From an uncultured Planctomycetia bacterium (GTDB lineage: Bacteria > Omnitrophota > Gorgyraeia > Duberdicusellales > 4484-171), in NCBI GenBank assembly GCA_964489445.1, contig CAZAYU010000001.1:4394-68393 (forward strand): a DNA stretch of 64,000 nucleotides, written 5' to 3'. The translations under genes and the position numbers were made by a program. The notes beneath the pieces were generated by a model. That model did no database searches, was not told the origin of the DNA, and worked only from the letters and a program-made list of their open reading frames with translations. Below are positions 28,009-39,280 of the stretch, in pieces. Every line of letters begins with the position of its first letter. The stretch's first letter is position 1.

Positions 28009-28437
28009 TTATTCTTTGTCTTTTAATTTTGCAAGAAGTCTATTAATTTTATCGACTAATGGCTCGAACTTATCACCTGTTCGGATATTTATTGGTTCAT
28101 TACTGGAATTTTCAATGCGGCTATTAAGGTCGTTGTCTACCCTATCAAAAGGCCCGATGATTACTTGAGTTATTCGATGCGCAACAAACAATATCGTTGA
28201 GATTACAAGAGGTAAAAGTATCGCTAAAATTATTGTTACTTTTTTCGCGGCCGGAATAATATTCTGAGCAATTACCTCCGGGATCATAATCTGTGTTGCC
28301 ACAATATCGAATATTAAATAATAAAGACAAAGAACAGCAATAATCACCGGAAACAGTATAGCCGCAAAAATTAACAATATTGCTTGCCTATGAAATTTAT
28401 TAGCAAATATCTTGATTCGTTTATTTTTTATCATCAT
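28009..28437 (-). CDS. Hypothetical 2-TM protein with HAMP-like C-terminus
   Basis: Two hydrophobic helices, then GPFDRV...IRTGDKF...INRLL. Confidence 0.7.
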   Translation of the reverse strand: MMIKNKRIKIFANKFHRQAILLIFAAILFPVIIAVLCLYYLIFDIVATQIMIPEVIAQNIIPAAKKVTIILAILLPLVISTILFVAHRITQVIIGPFDRVDNDLNSRIENSSNEPINIRTGDKFEPLVDKINRLLAKLKDKE

Positions 28438-29108
28438 TTTTTATACCTCACTTTTATATTTGTGTATAGCGCTTCCGCAGTAGAAAGCGTATTATCAGTA
28501 TCCGTTACCAGCGCAATAGCTCCTACACGCCCGGGAGGCCGGCCAAAGGCTCTTTTGTAATCATCATAAATATTCCTTTCTTCTTCAACCCATTCACCTA
28601 GATTATCCTTTCCAGACTCTAGTGTTATCAGCCGTATATTCTTTGAATAAGGGCTTTTACTTATCATCCCTTCAGGTATTTTTTCATCCCAAACATACTC
28701 AATACACTTTATTCTGGTAAAAATCCAACTGGGAAAAATAACATATACCCGTGCCGCATAGTCATCTTTTTCTACCCACCCGCCTTTTGTCAATTTTATA
28801 TTATTCTTTTCCGGAAATTTTATTACTTTCCATTTCCAACTAATCATCGGATATATTCGCGGATTAAATTTGATTCTGTACATTAGTCCGGAATTAGCTT
28901 TATCACTTGTTGCAGAAAGATAGCCACCTTCTTTTTTTGGTTCTACTTTATAAAGAACTTTGTTCTTAAATACCTTTTCTTCCCATTCTTGCAAGGCTAT
29001 GCTAGTATTAAACGGAAACCATTTATAATTATGACGAGAATAGGCATAAAAAGTAGAGGAGATAACCGCTAACACTATAAGAGAAACCAGAAACCTTAAA
29101 ACACCCAT
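28434..29108 (-). CDS. DUF3047 domain protein
   Basis: WKWKV, DDYAARVYV, YVW and TDTDNT motifs. Confidence 0.85.
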   Translation of the reverse strand: MGVLRFLVSLIVLAVISSTFYAYSRHNYKWFPFNTSIALQEWEEKVFKNKVLYKVEPKKEGGYLSATSDKANSGLMYRIKFNPRIYPMISWKWKVIKFPEKNNIKLTKGGWVEKDDYAARVYVIFPSWIFTRIKCIEYVWDEKIPEGMISKSPYSKNIRLITLESGKDNLGEWVEEERNIYDDYKRAFGRPPGRVGAIALVTDTDNTLSTAEALYTNIKVRYKK

Positions 29109-29229
29109 AGTTTTTATTTTAACGCCTGTTTATTTATTGGTCAAATAATTATTCTAATAATTTACTCTCTTTATTGATGATTTTTTGGTAGAATGCATTT
29201 ACTATTTTAAAAGGAAATAATTAACTACT

Positions 29230-30765
29230 ATGGGATATAAAGAAATTTCACTAAAATTACCTACTGATTACACTGATGATCAACTTCAGAAGAAAATCAA
29301 AAAAGTAATCAACATAAAAGAGTTCTCCTACCAAGTTAAAAGAAAAAGTCTTGATGCACGAAAAAAAACAGATATTTGTTGGCATATTCTAGTTTCTATC
29401 GCATCAAAAAAAATTAAGGGCCCTGATTTGCCAGTAACCCCATCTTTGAATATCCCTTATAAAAAAAGAAAAAAAGATGTACTTGTTGTAGGTAGCGGCC
29501 CAGCAGGATTCTTCTGCGCTTTTGTCCTTCAAAAAGCAGGATTTAACACAACTTTAATTGAAAGAGGCTCAGACGTTAAAAAAAGAACTAAAGAAATCGG
29601 AAAATTTGAAAAAACAGGACTATTTAATTCTGATAACAACTACGCATTTGGTGAAGGAGGCGCAGGCACATTTTCTGACGGAAAACTTACCTCAAGATCA
29701 AAACACATATCTCAAGAAAGGGAATTAATTCTGTCTACCTACATTAACGCCGGCGCACCAGACGAAATAAACTATCTGGCACATCCTCACCTAGGCAGTG
29801 ACAATCTTATTAAGATTGTTCCAAAGTTAAGAGAAGCCTTCTTGGATATAGGCGGAAAAGTGCTCTTTGAAACATTACTAGAGGATATAAAAATTAAAAA
29901 TAATCTAGTACACTGGGCAATTACAACTTCCGGCGAAATTAAAGCCGATGAGTTTATTATTGCTCCGGGTCATTCTGCCTACGAAACATACCGAATGCTA
30001 ATCAAAAGGGGAATAGGATTTCGTACAAAAAATTTTGCTATTGGGCATCGTATAGAACATCTTCAAGAGATTATCAACAATGCACAATGGGGCCAAAAAA
30101 GCTTACCGAAAGTTAAAGCTGCTGAATACCGTCTTACATCAAAAGGAGATGGTGATATTCCAGTCTATACGTTTTGCATGTGTCCCGGGGGAAGCATTAT
30201 TCCGGCTTCTGCATACAAAAACACAAACATTTTAAACGGAATGAGCACTTACAGCCGAGACGGGAAATTTGCTAATGCTGCTTGTGTAGCCGGAATAAAC
30301 CTGGATAAATTAACTGGCAAGCAGACATCACCTCTAGAAGCACTCAAATGGTTGGAAAACATTGAACAACAATTCTACAAACACTCAAATAGCTTCCAGA
30401 TTCCATCGTGCAGCATTGCTGACTTTATTAATCAAAAAATTAATTCAAGCATCGCAAAATCAAGTTATTCCTTGGGACTTACGCCCGCAGCTTTGTGGAA
30501 TTTGTTACCTTTTGAGGTGAGCAACTCAATAAGAAAAGGGCTTAAGGATTTTATTGGAAAAATAAAAGGATTTGAAACAGGCATGATTATGGGGCTCGAC
30601 AGCAAAAGCTCATCGCCAATCCAAGCTCTCCGGGAAAGAAACTATCTCTGCTTTGGATTTGAGAATATTTATATAGCCGGAGAAGGTAGTGGATATTCCG
30701 GAGGAATAATATCCAGTGGTGCAGATGGCATAAAAACAGCCATGGCAATCATTAATAAACACTAA
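29230..30765 (+). CDS. FAD-dependent oxidoreductase (uncharacterised family)
   Basis: VVGSGPAG, FGEGGAGTFSDGKL, FCMCPGG and GEGSGYSGGI. Confidence 0.9.
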   Translation: MGYKEISLKLPTDYTDDQLQKKIKKVINIKEFSYQVKRKSLDARKKTDICWHILVSIASKKIKGPDLPVTPSLNIPYKKRKKDVLVVGSGPAGFFCAFVLQKAGFNTTLIERGSDVKKRTKEIGKFEKTGLFNSDNNYAFGEGGAGTFSDGKLTSRSKHISQERELILSTYINAGAPDEINYLAHPHLGSDNLIKIVPKLREAFLDIGGKVLFETLLEDIKIKNNLVHWAITTSGEIKADEFIIAPGHSAYETYRMLIKRGIGFRTKNFAIGHRIEHLQEIINNAQWGQKSLPKVKAAEYRLTSKGDGDIPVYTFCMCPGGSIIPASAYKNTNILNGMSTYSRDGKFANAACVAGINLDKLTGKQTSPLEALKWLENIEQQFYKHSNSFQIPSCSIADFINQKINSSIAKSSYSLGLTPAALWNLLPFEVSNSIRKGLKDFIGKIKGFETGMIMGLDSKSSSPIQALRERNYLCFGFENIYIAGEGSGYSGGIISSGADGIKTAMAIINKH

Positions 30766-30947
30766 TTCATTGAAAACCGGGAGAAAACGAATAAATTTGT
30801 TTACAATTGTAAAATAACGCTAATTATGTTATAATTATGGATAAATAAGAAAGAATTCGTCTACATTAAAGGAATCCCTCCAATGCCGTTTAATGACAAA
30901 TCCTTTCCTAAGAGTTTATTTATATCACATTAAATAAAAGGAGTATC

Positions 30948-31415
30948 GTGGAAAAACATCGTAAACGTAAAAGTTTATCACTATCACCAAAAAATGAATC
31001 CGGCATAGCTGGCCCAATCCATAGAATGCAACAACAATTAAATGCTATGGAAAAAAAGTTGGATATTTTAATCGGTCAGTCTTCGGCAAGGCCTAACGAA
31101 AAAAACTACACTCAAGCTAATAGCTATCACCGAGATAGAGAAAGACACGACAGCTATCACGAGGATAAAACTTTTACTCGTGTTACTTGTTCAGACTGCA
31201 GTAAAGAGTGCGAAGTCCCTTTTAAACCAAGCGGCGACCGCCCAATATACTGCCGAGAATGCTTTTCAAAACACAAAAAAGATAATCCTTTTGATGCAAC
31301 CCGAAACGATAAGCCAAAAAAAAGAAATTTCTCTTGGGAAAACCACTCTGACAAAAAAACAAAACCATTTAAAAAAAATGAATCATTTTTTACACGCAAA
31401 AAAAAACGTATTTAG
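30948..31415 (+). CDS. CxxC-x17-CxxC domain protein
   Basis: CSDCSKECEVPFKPSGDRPIYCRECF; GTG start with GGAG RBS. Confidence 0.88.
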   Translation: MEKHRKRKSLSLSPKNESGIAGPIHRMQQQLNAMEKKLDILIGQSSARPNEKNYTQANSYHRDRERHDSYHEDKTFTRVTCSDCSKECEVPFKPSGDRPIYCRECFSKHKKDNPFDATRNDKPKKRNFSWENHSDKKTKPFKKNESFFTRKKKRI

Positions 31416-31447
31416 GTGTCGTATAGAAACCCAAGGAGAAAAAATAT

Positions 31448-31558
31448 ATGTCTAAAAGCCATGATGCCAAAAAAAGCATAAAAAAGAAAGCAGAAAAAAC
31501 ATTGAAAGAAAAACGATTAGAAAAAAAGCAACAAAAAAGTAAAAAAGATTATGCATAA
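31448..31558 (+). CDS. Small basic peptide (36 aa), not in the ORF track
   Basis: AAGGAG RBS followed by [36 protein letters not shown]. The stop overlaps the next start. Confidence 0.6.
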   Translation: MSKSHDAKKSIKKKAEKTLKEKRLEKKQQKSKKDYA

Positions 31559-31790
31559 AGACCCTTTGCACGGGGTCACCTTAAAAATAATTCTAGTCAA
31601 CTTAGAAGCTTGGTGCGGATGGAAAATGTTAGGTGAAAACATTAATATTCGTTGTTTCACTAACAACCCCAGCATAAACTCAAGTTTAAAATTCCTAAGG
31701 AAGACTCCTTGGGCAAGAAAAAAAGTCGAGATTTTTTATTTAAAAACGTTGAGGAATCGCAAGAAAAACACGGTAGACAAACATAATTAA
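31551..31790 (+). CDS. VF530/DUF2132 family DNA-binding protein
   Basis: DPLHGVTL and [22 protein letters not shown]. Confidence 0.9.
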   Translation: MHKDPLHGVTLKIILVNLEAWCGWKMLGENINIRCFTNNPSINSSLKFLRKTPWARKKVEIFYLKTLRNRKKNTVDKHN

Positions 31791-31791
31791 T

Positions 31792-33135
31792 ATGAATAAA
31801 CCACAACCCAAATCATCTCATCCATACACTGCACCCCAGGGAGCATTCACTCAGCTAATTCTTGAATTGCAGCAGGCAGTATCCGACCGTGGCTACCATA
31901 CGCCTACACCAATCCAGGAAAAAGTAATCAAACCTTTACTCAACGGACGAGATTTGATCGGCTGTGCACAAACGGGCACCGGAAAAACTGCCGCGTTCAT
32001 ACTGCCAATATTGCAATATTTAACAAAAAATTCACGCCCTCGGGTACGAAATAAAAATCGCGTATTAGTCTTAGCGCCTACCCGTGAATTAGCCGCCCAA
32101 ATCGGCGATAGCATTAAGAATTATGGGCGATATCTAAAAATATCTCATACAGTTATTTTTGGCGGCGTCGGCCAAAACCCTCAAGTACGCGCGCTGGTAC
32201 GTGGTGTAGATATTGTTACAGCCACCCCCGGACGCCTGCTAGATTTAATTAACCAACGCCACATAAATCTCGACAATACAGAAATCCTTGTATTAGATGA
32301 AGCAGACCGGATGCTTGACATGGGTTTTATCTACGATGTTCAAAAAATAATCTCTAAGCTTCCTAAAAAGAGGCAGACTCTTTTTTTCTCAGCCACTATG
32401 GATCCAGAAGTAATTAAGCTCTCGGAAGAAATTGTAAACGATGCTGTTTTTGTCAAGATAACTCCCGACAAACCTGCAGTAGAGCGTATTATCCAAAAAG
32501 TATTTTTCGTAGATAAAAATCGCAAAGATGCTCTGTTGACTCAGCTTCTTAGAGCCAAGCATCTAAGCCGAGTATTAGTTTTTGTCCAAATGAAGCATTC
32601 CGCCGATAAAGTCGTTAGGCAGCTACACTCGTCTAGCATCAGCGCTGTAGCAATTCACGGCAACAAAAGCCAAACTGCACGCACCGCAGCATTAGCCAAG
32701 TTTAAGCTGGGCCAAATTCGTGTTTTAGTAGCTACTGATATTGCCGCTCGCGGAATAGACGTTGATTCGATTTCACATGTGATAAATTATGATCTCCCAA
32801 ACACCCCGAATACTTATGTACACCGTATCGGGCGAACCGCCCGAGCCGGCGCTGAAGGCGATGCTGTTTCATTTTGCTCGGCGCCAGACCGAGATTGCTT
32901 GCGTGCAATAGAAAAAATGCTGCACATGAAAATTTCTGTTGACCGTGATAGTTCTTTTCACTCTCAAACAGCTGAGTTTGCTACCGGAGCCGCAGCGCGC
33001 CCCTTGCCTAGAGGTAGAGGGTCTAGCCGCTCCTTAAGCAGCGCTGCCAAGAGAGAAAAACGCCCAAATCCTGCACGATGGCAAAAAACCAAAAGTAGCA
33101 GCAGAAACACCACATATCGTCGTCGATATAAATAA
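31792..33135 (+). CDS. DEAD-box RNA helicase (RhlE-like)
   Basis: AQTGTGKT, PTRELA, DEAD, SAT, HRIGRTAR and a basic C-terminal tail. Confidence 0.95.
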   Translation: MNKPQPKSSHPYTAPQGAFTQLILELQQAVSDRGYHTPTPIQEKVIKPLLNGRDLIGCAQTGTGKTAAFILPILQYLTKNSRPRVRNKNRVLVLAPTRELAAQIGDSIKNYGRYLKISHTVIFGGVGQNPQVRALVRGVDIVTATPGRLLDLINQRHINLDNTEILVLDEADRMLDMGFIYDVQKIISKLPKKRQTLFFSATMDPEVIKLSEEIVNDAVFVKITPDKPAVERIIQKVFFVDKNRKDALLTQLLRAKHLSRVLVFVQMKHSADKVVRQLHSSSISAVAIHGNKSQTARTAALAKFKLGQIRVLVATDIAARGIDVDSISHVINYDLPNTPNTYVHRIGRTARAGAEGDAVSFCSAPDRDCLRAIEKMLHMKISVDRDSSFHSQTAEFATGAAARPLPRGRGSSRSLSSAAKREKRPNPARWQKTKSSSRNTTYRRRYK

Positions 33136-33165
33136 AAAAAGAAATAAATACCTATTCATTAAGCA

Positions 33166-34218
33166 ATGAATAATATAGCTAACGACTCGCCCAAGCCTAA
33201 CCGCCGCATTCGCTACAAAGGCACACACCCACGCTATTTTGAAGAAAAATATAAGGAACTTAATTTTGAAAAATATATTCCTGATATGCAAAAAATCATC
33301 GAATCTGGAAAAACTCCCGCCGGCACCCACAGACCAGTATGCGTGAATGAAATATTAGCCATTCTAAAGCCTTCACCCGGTCAAATCGGACTAGACGCAA
33401 CATTAGGCTTTGGTGGACATACCATTGAACTACTCAAAAAAATTACTCCTGGAGGTCAATTGTTTGGATTAGAAATCGATTCTTTAGAACTTGCACGTAC
33501 AGAAAAACGCTTACAATCATTAGGGTTCAGTGATAAAGAGCTAGTCACTAAATGCATTAACTTTGCCGGAATGTTTAAACTACTACATGAAGCCGGTGGA
33601 GGTTTTGATTTTGTTCTTGCTGATTTAGGAATGTCATCAATGCAATTAGACAATCCAAAGCGCGGGTTTACTTTTAAACATGAAGGACCACTAGACTTAC
33701 GGTTTAACCCCAAGCGCGGCCAATCGGCAGAATCCTTAATAAAAACACTAAGCGAAGAACAGCTAGAGAAAATATTTATTGATAACTCTGACGAGCCATA
33801 CGCCTGGTTGATCGCTCAGGCAATTTTTAAAAATAAAAATAAAATCAACACAACTACAGAACTAGCAAATATTGTTGCTTACACATTAGGCCACGAATCG
33901 TATCTTGACTGTGGTAAAAAAACAACAGATTCTATCCGGAGAATCTTTCAAGCACTACGTATAGAAGTTAATAATGAATTTTCTGTGCTTGAGCAATTCT
34001 TACGAAATTTACCTTTTTGTCTTAAAAGCCAAGGACGCGTTGCAATTTTAAGTTTTCATTCCGGTGAACATAAGCGAATTGTAAACTTTTTTAATAAGGA
34101 TTTAGACGCTGGTTTATATTCGGATATCAGCTACGAGCCCTTACGCCCCAGCGCAAAAGAGCAATATTCCAATCCTCGCTCTAAAAGCGCTTTTTTATAC
34201 TGGGCAATAAAAAAATAA
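33166..34218 (+). CDS. rsmH: RsmH (MraW) family 16S rRNA m4C methyltransferase with N-terminal extension
   Basis: DATLGFGGH, DLGMSSMQLD, FQALRIEVN and NPRSKSA. Not in a dcw context, so possibly a paralog. Confidence 0.85.
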   Translation: MNNIANDSPKPNRRIRYKGTHPRYFEEKYKELNFEKYIPDMQKIIESGKTPAGTHRPVCVNEILAILKPSPGQIGLDATLGFGGHTIELLKKITPGGQLFGLEIDSLELARTEKRLQSLGFSDKELVTKCINFAGMFKLLHEAGGGFDFVLADLGMSSMQLDNPKRGFTFKHEGPLDLRFNPKRGQSAESLIKTLSEEQLEKIFIDNSDEPYAWLIAQAIFKNKNKINTTTELANIVAYTLGHESYLDCGKKTTDSIRRIFQALRIEVNNEFSVLEQFLRNLPFCLKSQGRVAILSFHSGEHKRIVNFFNKDLDAGLYSDISYEPLRPSAKEQYSNPRSKSAFLYWAIKK

Positions 34219-34331
34219 AGATACTCTTTTGAAAAAAACATTTGAAATTTTAGCCCTAAGTTATATTATGTAGTATAAGAAAACACGGGAATATTCCTTA
34301 TAAAAAATATATTTTGCCTAGCAAATAATTT

Positions 34332-35156
34332 ATGAAAATCAATATCGGATACTTTACATCAACCGGAAATACATTGTGGCTCGGACTAAAGGCCAAGGAA
34401 ATAATGGAACGCCAAGGCCACTCAGTAGAATTATGCGAAATAATTAAAGATGCGTCAGATTTTCAACAAAAAGATTGTGAGATTATCGGTTTTTTTTATC
34501 CAGTGTGGGGTTCTAATCCACCTGACCCGCTAGTAGACTACCTAACAAATATGCCTGAAGGAAACGGAAAAAAACTTTTCCTGATAGGAAATTGCTGCGC
34601 ATTTACCGGAGACACCGGACTTCGCTGGAAAAAAATACTTCAAAAAAAAGGATATAACGTCTTTTATATAAGTCACATAATCATGCCCACAAATATAAAT
34701 ATTCCCTGGCTTCCGGAAAACATAATAAAACAAGTTCCCGGAGAAGAGGAATTAAAGAAGATACTTTCTGAGGCAGAAAAAAAGCTTAAAAGTATCTGCT
34801 GCGCAATTTTAAATAACAAACAAAAAACCGAAGGAAGGGGACCATTCTCTCGTTTAGGAGGATATTTGCAAAGAAAATTCTACTGGACCGCAAACTGGTA
34901 TAAATCCCGCTTTTCAATAAACGAAAAACTTTGTATAAAATGCGGTCTATGTTACAGAATATGCCCTACAAATAATATATCTCGGAAAGAAAATGGAGAA
35001 ATCACTTTCGGTAGTAAATGTATCCTCTGCGTAAAGTGTTACAATCTATGTCCTAAAAACGCAATTTTGATTTGCCAACAAAGCACTAACGACAAAAAAT
35101 ATCGAAGGTATAAAGGACCAGACAAAACAATAAAACCCATTGAATATCGTAAATAA
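34332..35156 (+). CDS. EFR1-family flavodoxin-ferredoxin fusion
   Basis: YFTSTGNT flavodoxin start and two CxxCxxCxxxCP motifs. Confidence 0.9.
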   Translation: MKINIGYFTSTGNTLWLGLKAKEIMERQGHSVELCEIIKDASDFQQKDCEIIGFFYPVWGSNPPDPLVDYLTNMPEGNGKKLFLIGNCCAFTGDTGLRWKKILQKKGYNVFYISHIIMPTNINIPWLPENIIKQVPGEEELKKILSEAEKKLKSICCAILNNKQKTEGRGPFSRLGGYLQRKFYWTANWYKSRFSINEKLCIKCGLCYRICPTNNISRKENGEITFGSKCILCVKCYNLCPKNAILICQQSTNDKKYRRYKGPDKTIKPIEYRK

Positions 35157-35202
35157 CACAGGGGATGTCTAAATATAAGCCTACGCTGTTACCATTATAT
35201 TT

Positions 35203-36882
35203 ATGTTAGGCAACATCACAATAAGAAATTTTGGCTTAATTGATAATTTAAATTTAGAACTAAGCCCTGGTCTTAACGCTTTAAGCGGTGAAACCGGTGC
35301 CGGTAAATCAATTATTATTGAAGCTTTAAGGGTTTGCCTGGGCCTGCGAATAAACCAATCACAAATTCGCAACCCTAAATTACCTTGCATCATTGAAACA
35401 GTATTTGAGTTGCACAACGAAATTATAAAGCGAAATGCTATACTTGCTGATTTTTTAGACAAAGAAGAAAATTCTTTGATTATATCCCGCACTTACACGC
35501 CCGAAGGAAAGAACAAAATTAAGATAAATGGATTAAATGCTACTGTTGCCCAACTAAAAACAATCGGCAACTTACTAATCGATTTGCATGGTCCCCATGA
35601 TCATCAAATGTTGTTACTAAAAGAATCTCACGTTACAATCATCGATCAGTTAAGCAATGTTGATAGCCTGTTAACTATCTACCAGGATAACTTCGATAAA
35701 CTCAGTAAATTTAACCACCAGCTGCACGAGATTCAACAGAATATTCAATCACGAGAACGTGAACTCGACATGCTAAATTATCAAATAAAAGAGCTGTCTC
35801 AAGTTGAGTTGAACCCGGAAAAATATTTTGAGTACTTAAGAGAACAAACGAGAATAAATAACACTGAAACATTATGCCAATACGCCGGAGAGATAACTAC
35901 ATTTTTAGAGGACGATACTATTGGAATCGAAGAAAACATTAAGAAAGCCTTTACACTGATGAATAAACTTAACCAAATTGACGAAACAACTAAGGATTTT
36001 TCCCAAGATTTAAGCCTTATCCAAGAAACATCTAGCCAGCTATTATCCAAGCTTAGCGAATATAGCCAACATCTTAGCTTTGAACCCGGTCAAGCAGAGC
36101 AAATTAATAAAATCTGCGATATCTACAATAGTCTTTTGCGTAAATACGGACCAGATATTAAAGACTTAATTAATTTTTTCGAGCAAGCTCAGAAACGCCA
36201 TGAATTTCTCATAAATCTAGAACACAACGATAAAAACATTCAAGCAGAAAAAATACAGATAGAAAAGAAACTCAATCAATTTGCCGAACAAATAAGCAAA
36301 AAGCGCAACAAAACAGCAAAATCACTAAAAAGTATAGTTGAAAAGGAGCTTTTAGAGTTAGGATTTAATAAAGTGCTTTTTGATTGCCAGATTAAAAGAG
36401 TACTATTAAAAAACAATGGCTGCGACGATGTAGAATTCTATATTAGCCCCAACCCCGGGGAGCCTTTAAAGCCATTGGCTGATATTATTTCTTCAGGTGA
36501 ATCAGCAAGGGTTATGTTGGCTTTAAAAAAAGCATTAGTCAATGTTGACCCTGTGCCTGTGCTTATTTTTGACGAAATAGACGCTCAAATCGGAGGAAGA
36601 CTAGGTACAATTACTGGGACAAAACTAAAAGAACTGTCTTGTGGACGGCAAGTCATCGTTATAACTCATCTTCCACAAATAGCATCATTTGCTGATACTC
36701 ACTATAAGGTAGACAAACAGGTTGTAGACGGCCGAACATTAATTAGCGTTTTACCTCTAACCGCTAACAATAGAGTCAAAGAGCTAGCTCAAATGATGAG
36801 CGGAAAAAAAGAAAGTAAAATATCACTATCGCACGCCAAAGACATGCTCGCCCAAGCCCAGAGAGAATTAGTAATAACCTAA
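35203..36882 (+). CDS. recN: DNA repair protein RecN
   Basis: GETGAGKS, SSGESAR, LIFDEID and ITHLPQIA. Confidence 0.96.
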   Translation: MLGNITIRNFGLIDNLNLELSPGLNALSGETGAGKSIIIEALRVCLGLRINQSQIRNPKLPCIIETVFELHNEIIKRNAILADFLDKEENSLIISRTYTPEGKNKIKINGLNATVAQLKTIGNLLIDLHGPHDHQMLLLKESHVTIIDQLSNVDSLLTIYQDNFDKLSKFNHQLHEIQQNIQSRERELDMLNYQIKELSQVELNPEKYFEYLREQTRINNTETLCQYAGEITTFLEDDTIGIEENIKKAFTLMNKLNQIDETTKDFSQDLSLIQETSSQLLSKLSEYSQHLSFEPGQAEQINKICDIYNSLLRKYGPDIKDLINFFEQAQKRHEFLINLEHNDKNIQAEKIQIEKKLNQFAEQISKKRNKTAKSLKSIVEKELLELGFNKVLFDCQIKRVLLKNNGCDDVEFYISPNPGEPLKPLADIISSGESARVMLALKKALVNVDPVPVLIFDEIDAQIGGRLGTITGTKLKELSCGRQVIVITHLPQIASFADTHYKVDKQVVDGRTLISVLPLTANNRVKELAQMMSGKKESKISLSHAKDMLAQAQRELVIT

Positions 36883-36902
36883 CTAAAACACCATAAACAC
36901 AT

Positions 36903-37901
36903 ATGGTTAAAATTGGAAATATAAAACTCTCCAGCCCGATAATATTAGCACCAATGGCAGGTATTAGCTCATGCCCTTACCGGACAATTAACCGGAAAAT
37001 GGGCATTAAGCTAGCTTACACAGAGATGATCAGTGCTCGAGCTTTAAGCTACTTGAGCAAAGGAACCCAAGAAAGGCTTCGCAGCTGCCCTGATGAAGGG
37101 CCATTAGGGATTCAACTTCTGGGAAAAGATATCTGCTATATGCAAAAGGCTTTAGAAAAGCTTAGCAACTACAAATTTGATACTTTAGATTTCAATGCTG
37201 CTTGCCCGCAAAAAAAGGTTACTAATAACGGTAAGGGAGCTTATCTATTGAAAGAACCTCAAAAGTTGAACTCTTTGCTTAAATGCCTCATCCGGCAGAC
37301 ATCTAAGCCGATAACTTTAAAAATGCGCCTGGGATGGAATAACTCCAATAATGCCCTGGATATTGCTAAAGGAGCAGCTGATTGCGGAATATCAGCAATA
37401 TATGTACACGGACGAACCCGAAATCAGGAATACTGTCATGAAGTTGACTATGCATCCATAGCTAAAATTAAAAAGTCACTCAAAATTCCCGTTATTGGAA
37501 GTGGAAATATTCTCAGCGCTGAACTAGCCATGAAGATGTTTAATAAAACAAAAGTCGACGCTATAATGGTAGCTAGAGGAGCTTTGGGCAATCCCTGGAT
37601 ATTCCAGGAAATTAATAAGCTTCTAAAAAACGACCGAGAGATATCACGCCCAATAACAGATGAAATAGCTGCCCAAATATATACACACTTTGAATTAACT
37701 CTTAGTTTTTTTGGTGAGAAAACCGGAATCATTCGATTCAGAAAGTTTTTTCTTTGGTATGCCCGAAATTTTATTGATACTAAACACCTAAAAGCTAAAA
37801 TATCTCAAGTTAAAACTAAACCGCAAATGCTCAAATTAATAAATTTGCTGACTCAGAAAAGAATATCAGGATATCGACAATTTTATAATAAAAAAAATTA
37901 A
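36903..37901 (+). CDS. dusB: tRNA-dihydrouridine synthase (DusB-like)
   Basis: LAPMAG, YTEMIS, NAACP, VHGRT and ARGALGNPW. Confidence 0.9.
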   Translation: MVKIGNIKLSSPIILAPMAGISSCPYRTINRKMGIKLAYTEMISARALSYLSKGTQERLRSCPDEGPLGIQLLGKDICYMQKALEKLSNYKFDTLDFNAACPQKKVTNNGKGAYLLKEPQKLNSLLKCLIRQTSKPITLKMRLGWNNSNNALDIAKGAADCGISAIYVHGRTRNQEYCHEVDYASIAKIKKSLKIPVIGSGNILSAELAMKMFNKTKVDAIMVARGALGNPWIFQEINKLLKNDREISRPITDEIAAQIYTHFELTLSFFGEKTGIIRFRKFFLWYARNFIDTKHLKAKISQVKTKPQMLKLINLLTQKRISGYRQFYNKKN

Positions 37902-39172
37902 TTATTTTCTTTATCGAGAATTACCATGGTTTCAATATGAGGGGTATGTGGAAAAAAATCATACACATATAGACTTCTTACTTTGTAAGCAGAAAGTAAT
38001 ATTTTCAAATCACGGGCAAGCGTAGATGGATCACAAGAAATATAAACAATAGTACTTACCTTAGACTTAATTAATTTTTCACAAACTTGTACGCCGGCTC
38101 CCTTCCTTGGGGGATCAATAATGGCTATATCAATATTTTTTTTAAATATTGATATTAAGCGATCATTGCAGTCACACAAATGTAAATCAAAGTTTGTTAT
38201 TCCATTAATTTTGATATTTTTTTCTAAAAATAAAAAATTCTCCGGTTCAATTTCTGCACCAATTACTTGCTTTACCTGCTCAGCCAGCAAAATACCAAAT
38301 ATGCCTACACCGCAATAAAGATCAGCTAAAACAGTATCCTTGCTCAAGATTAAGTTATCTCGCAAATCTCCAACTAAAAGATTAAGTGCATGTGTATTTA
38401 TTTGGAAAAACGAAAAACTGCCAATTAAAAACTGCTTGTTGTCAATTGTCTCTCTAAAAAAATCGTCACCATAGATAACAGCCTGCGTATCTCTTTCCTC
38501 ATTAGCAAGAACAACCCCGGCGACCTTAGGCTGCTTTATTAGGCTTTCAAAAACAAGAGAGAATTGATGAATATCTAAGGAATCATCGTGGCAAACACAA
38601 ACCAGCAATTCATTGTTTTTATTTTCCTTAATTGTTAACTGTCTAACTGATGAAAAATCTTGCTGACGAAGTATTTTTATAAACTTACTCATGAATAGAT
38701 TAGTCTGATCCGGAGACAGAAAACACCTGTCAATCGGAATAAATTTATCAATAGTTCCCGGTAAATTATACGCTAAATGAGGCAAAGAGTTCTGTCTGAT
38801 AATCTTTACTTTTATTTTATTACGGTAACCCCAGATTTGAGGACTTTGACGAAAATGTAACAAAGCACAGTCAATATCAAATCTATGACAGATAATTTCT
38901 TTTATTTGCTGCTTTTTTATTTCTACTTGCTGAGAATAATCAATATATTGATAGACTGAGCAAACTCGATAATGGCTGCAAAGCGCCTGTTTACGATAAA
39001 GCGAGGCATCTATCACTTTTATTACTTTAGCCTGAATATACCCTTTAGTTTCACTAACTATATCAATCTCTACTACTTCACCGGGTAAACCTTGATCGAG
39101 AAATACTACTTTTCCATTTATTCTAGAGAAACTCTTCCCAGGGTAAACAATCTTTTCAATAGTAACAATCAT
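37898..39172 (-). CDS. rlmD: 23S rRNA m5U methyltransferase (RlmD/RumA family)
   Basis: TRAM domain, SFFQIN, DLYCGVG, DPPRKG, YISCDP and FPHTPHIE. Confidence 0.88.
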   Translation of the reverse strand: MIVTIEKIVYPGKSFSRINGKVVFLDQGLPGEVVEIDIVSETKGYIQAKVIKVIDASLYRKQALCSHYRVCSVYQYIDYSQQVEIKKQQIKEIICHRFDIDCALLHFRQSPQIWGYRNKIKVKIIRQNSLPHLAYNLPGTIDKFIPIDRCFLSPDQTNLFMSKFIKILRQQDFSSVRQLTIKENKNNELLVCVCHDDSLDIHQFSLVFESLIKQPKVAGVVLANEERDTQAVIYGDDFFRETIDNKQFLIGSFSFFQINTHALNLLVGDLRDNLILSKDTVLADLYCGVGIFGILLAEQVKQVIGAEIEPENFLFLEKNIKINGITNFDLHLCDCNDRLISIFKKNIDIAIIDPPRKGAGVQVCEKLIKSKVSTIVYISCDPSTLARDLKILLSAYKVRSLYVYDFFPHTPHIETMVILDKENN

Positions 39173-39280
39173 GATATCATTATAACACATAGCTTTTAAT
39201 TGCAGTAACTAATCGTCCTAAATTATTGGCTGTTTATAGAATCAATTTGCAATTTATAAAATGTCTGTTATATAACTTAT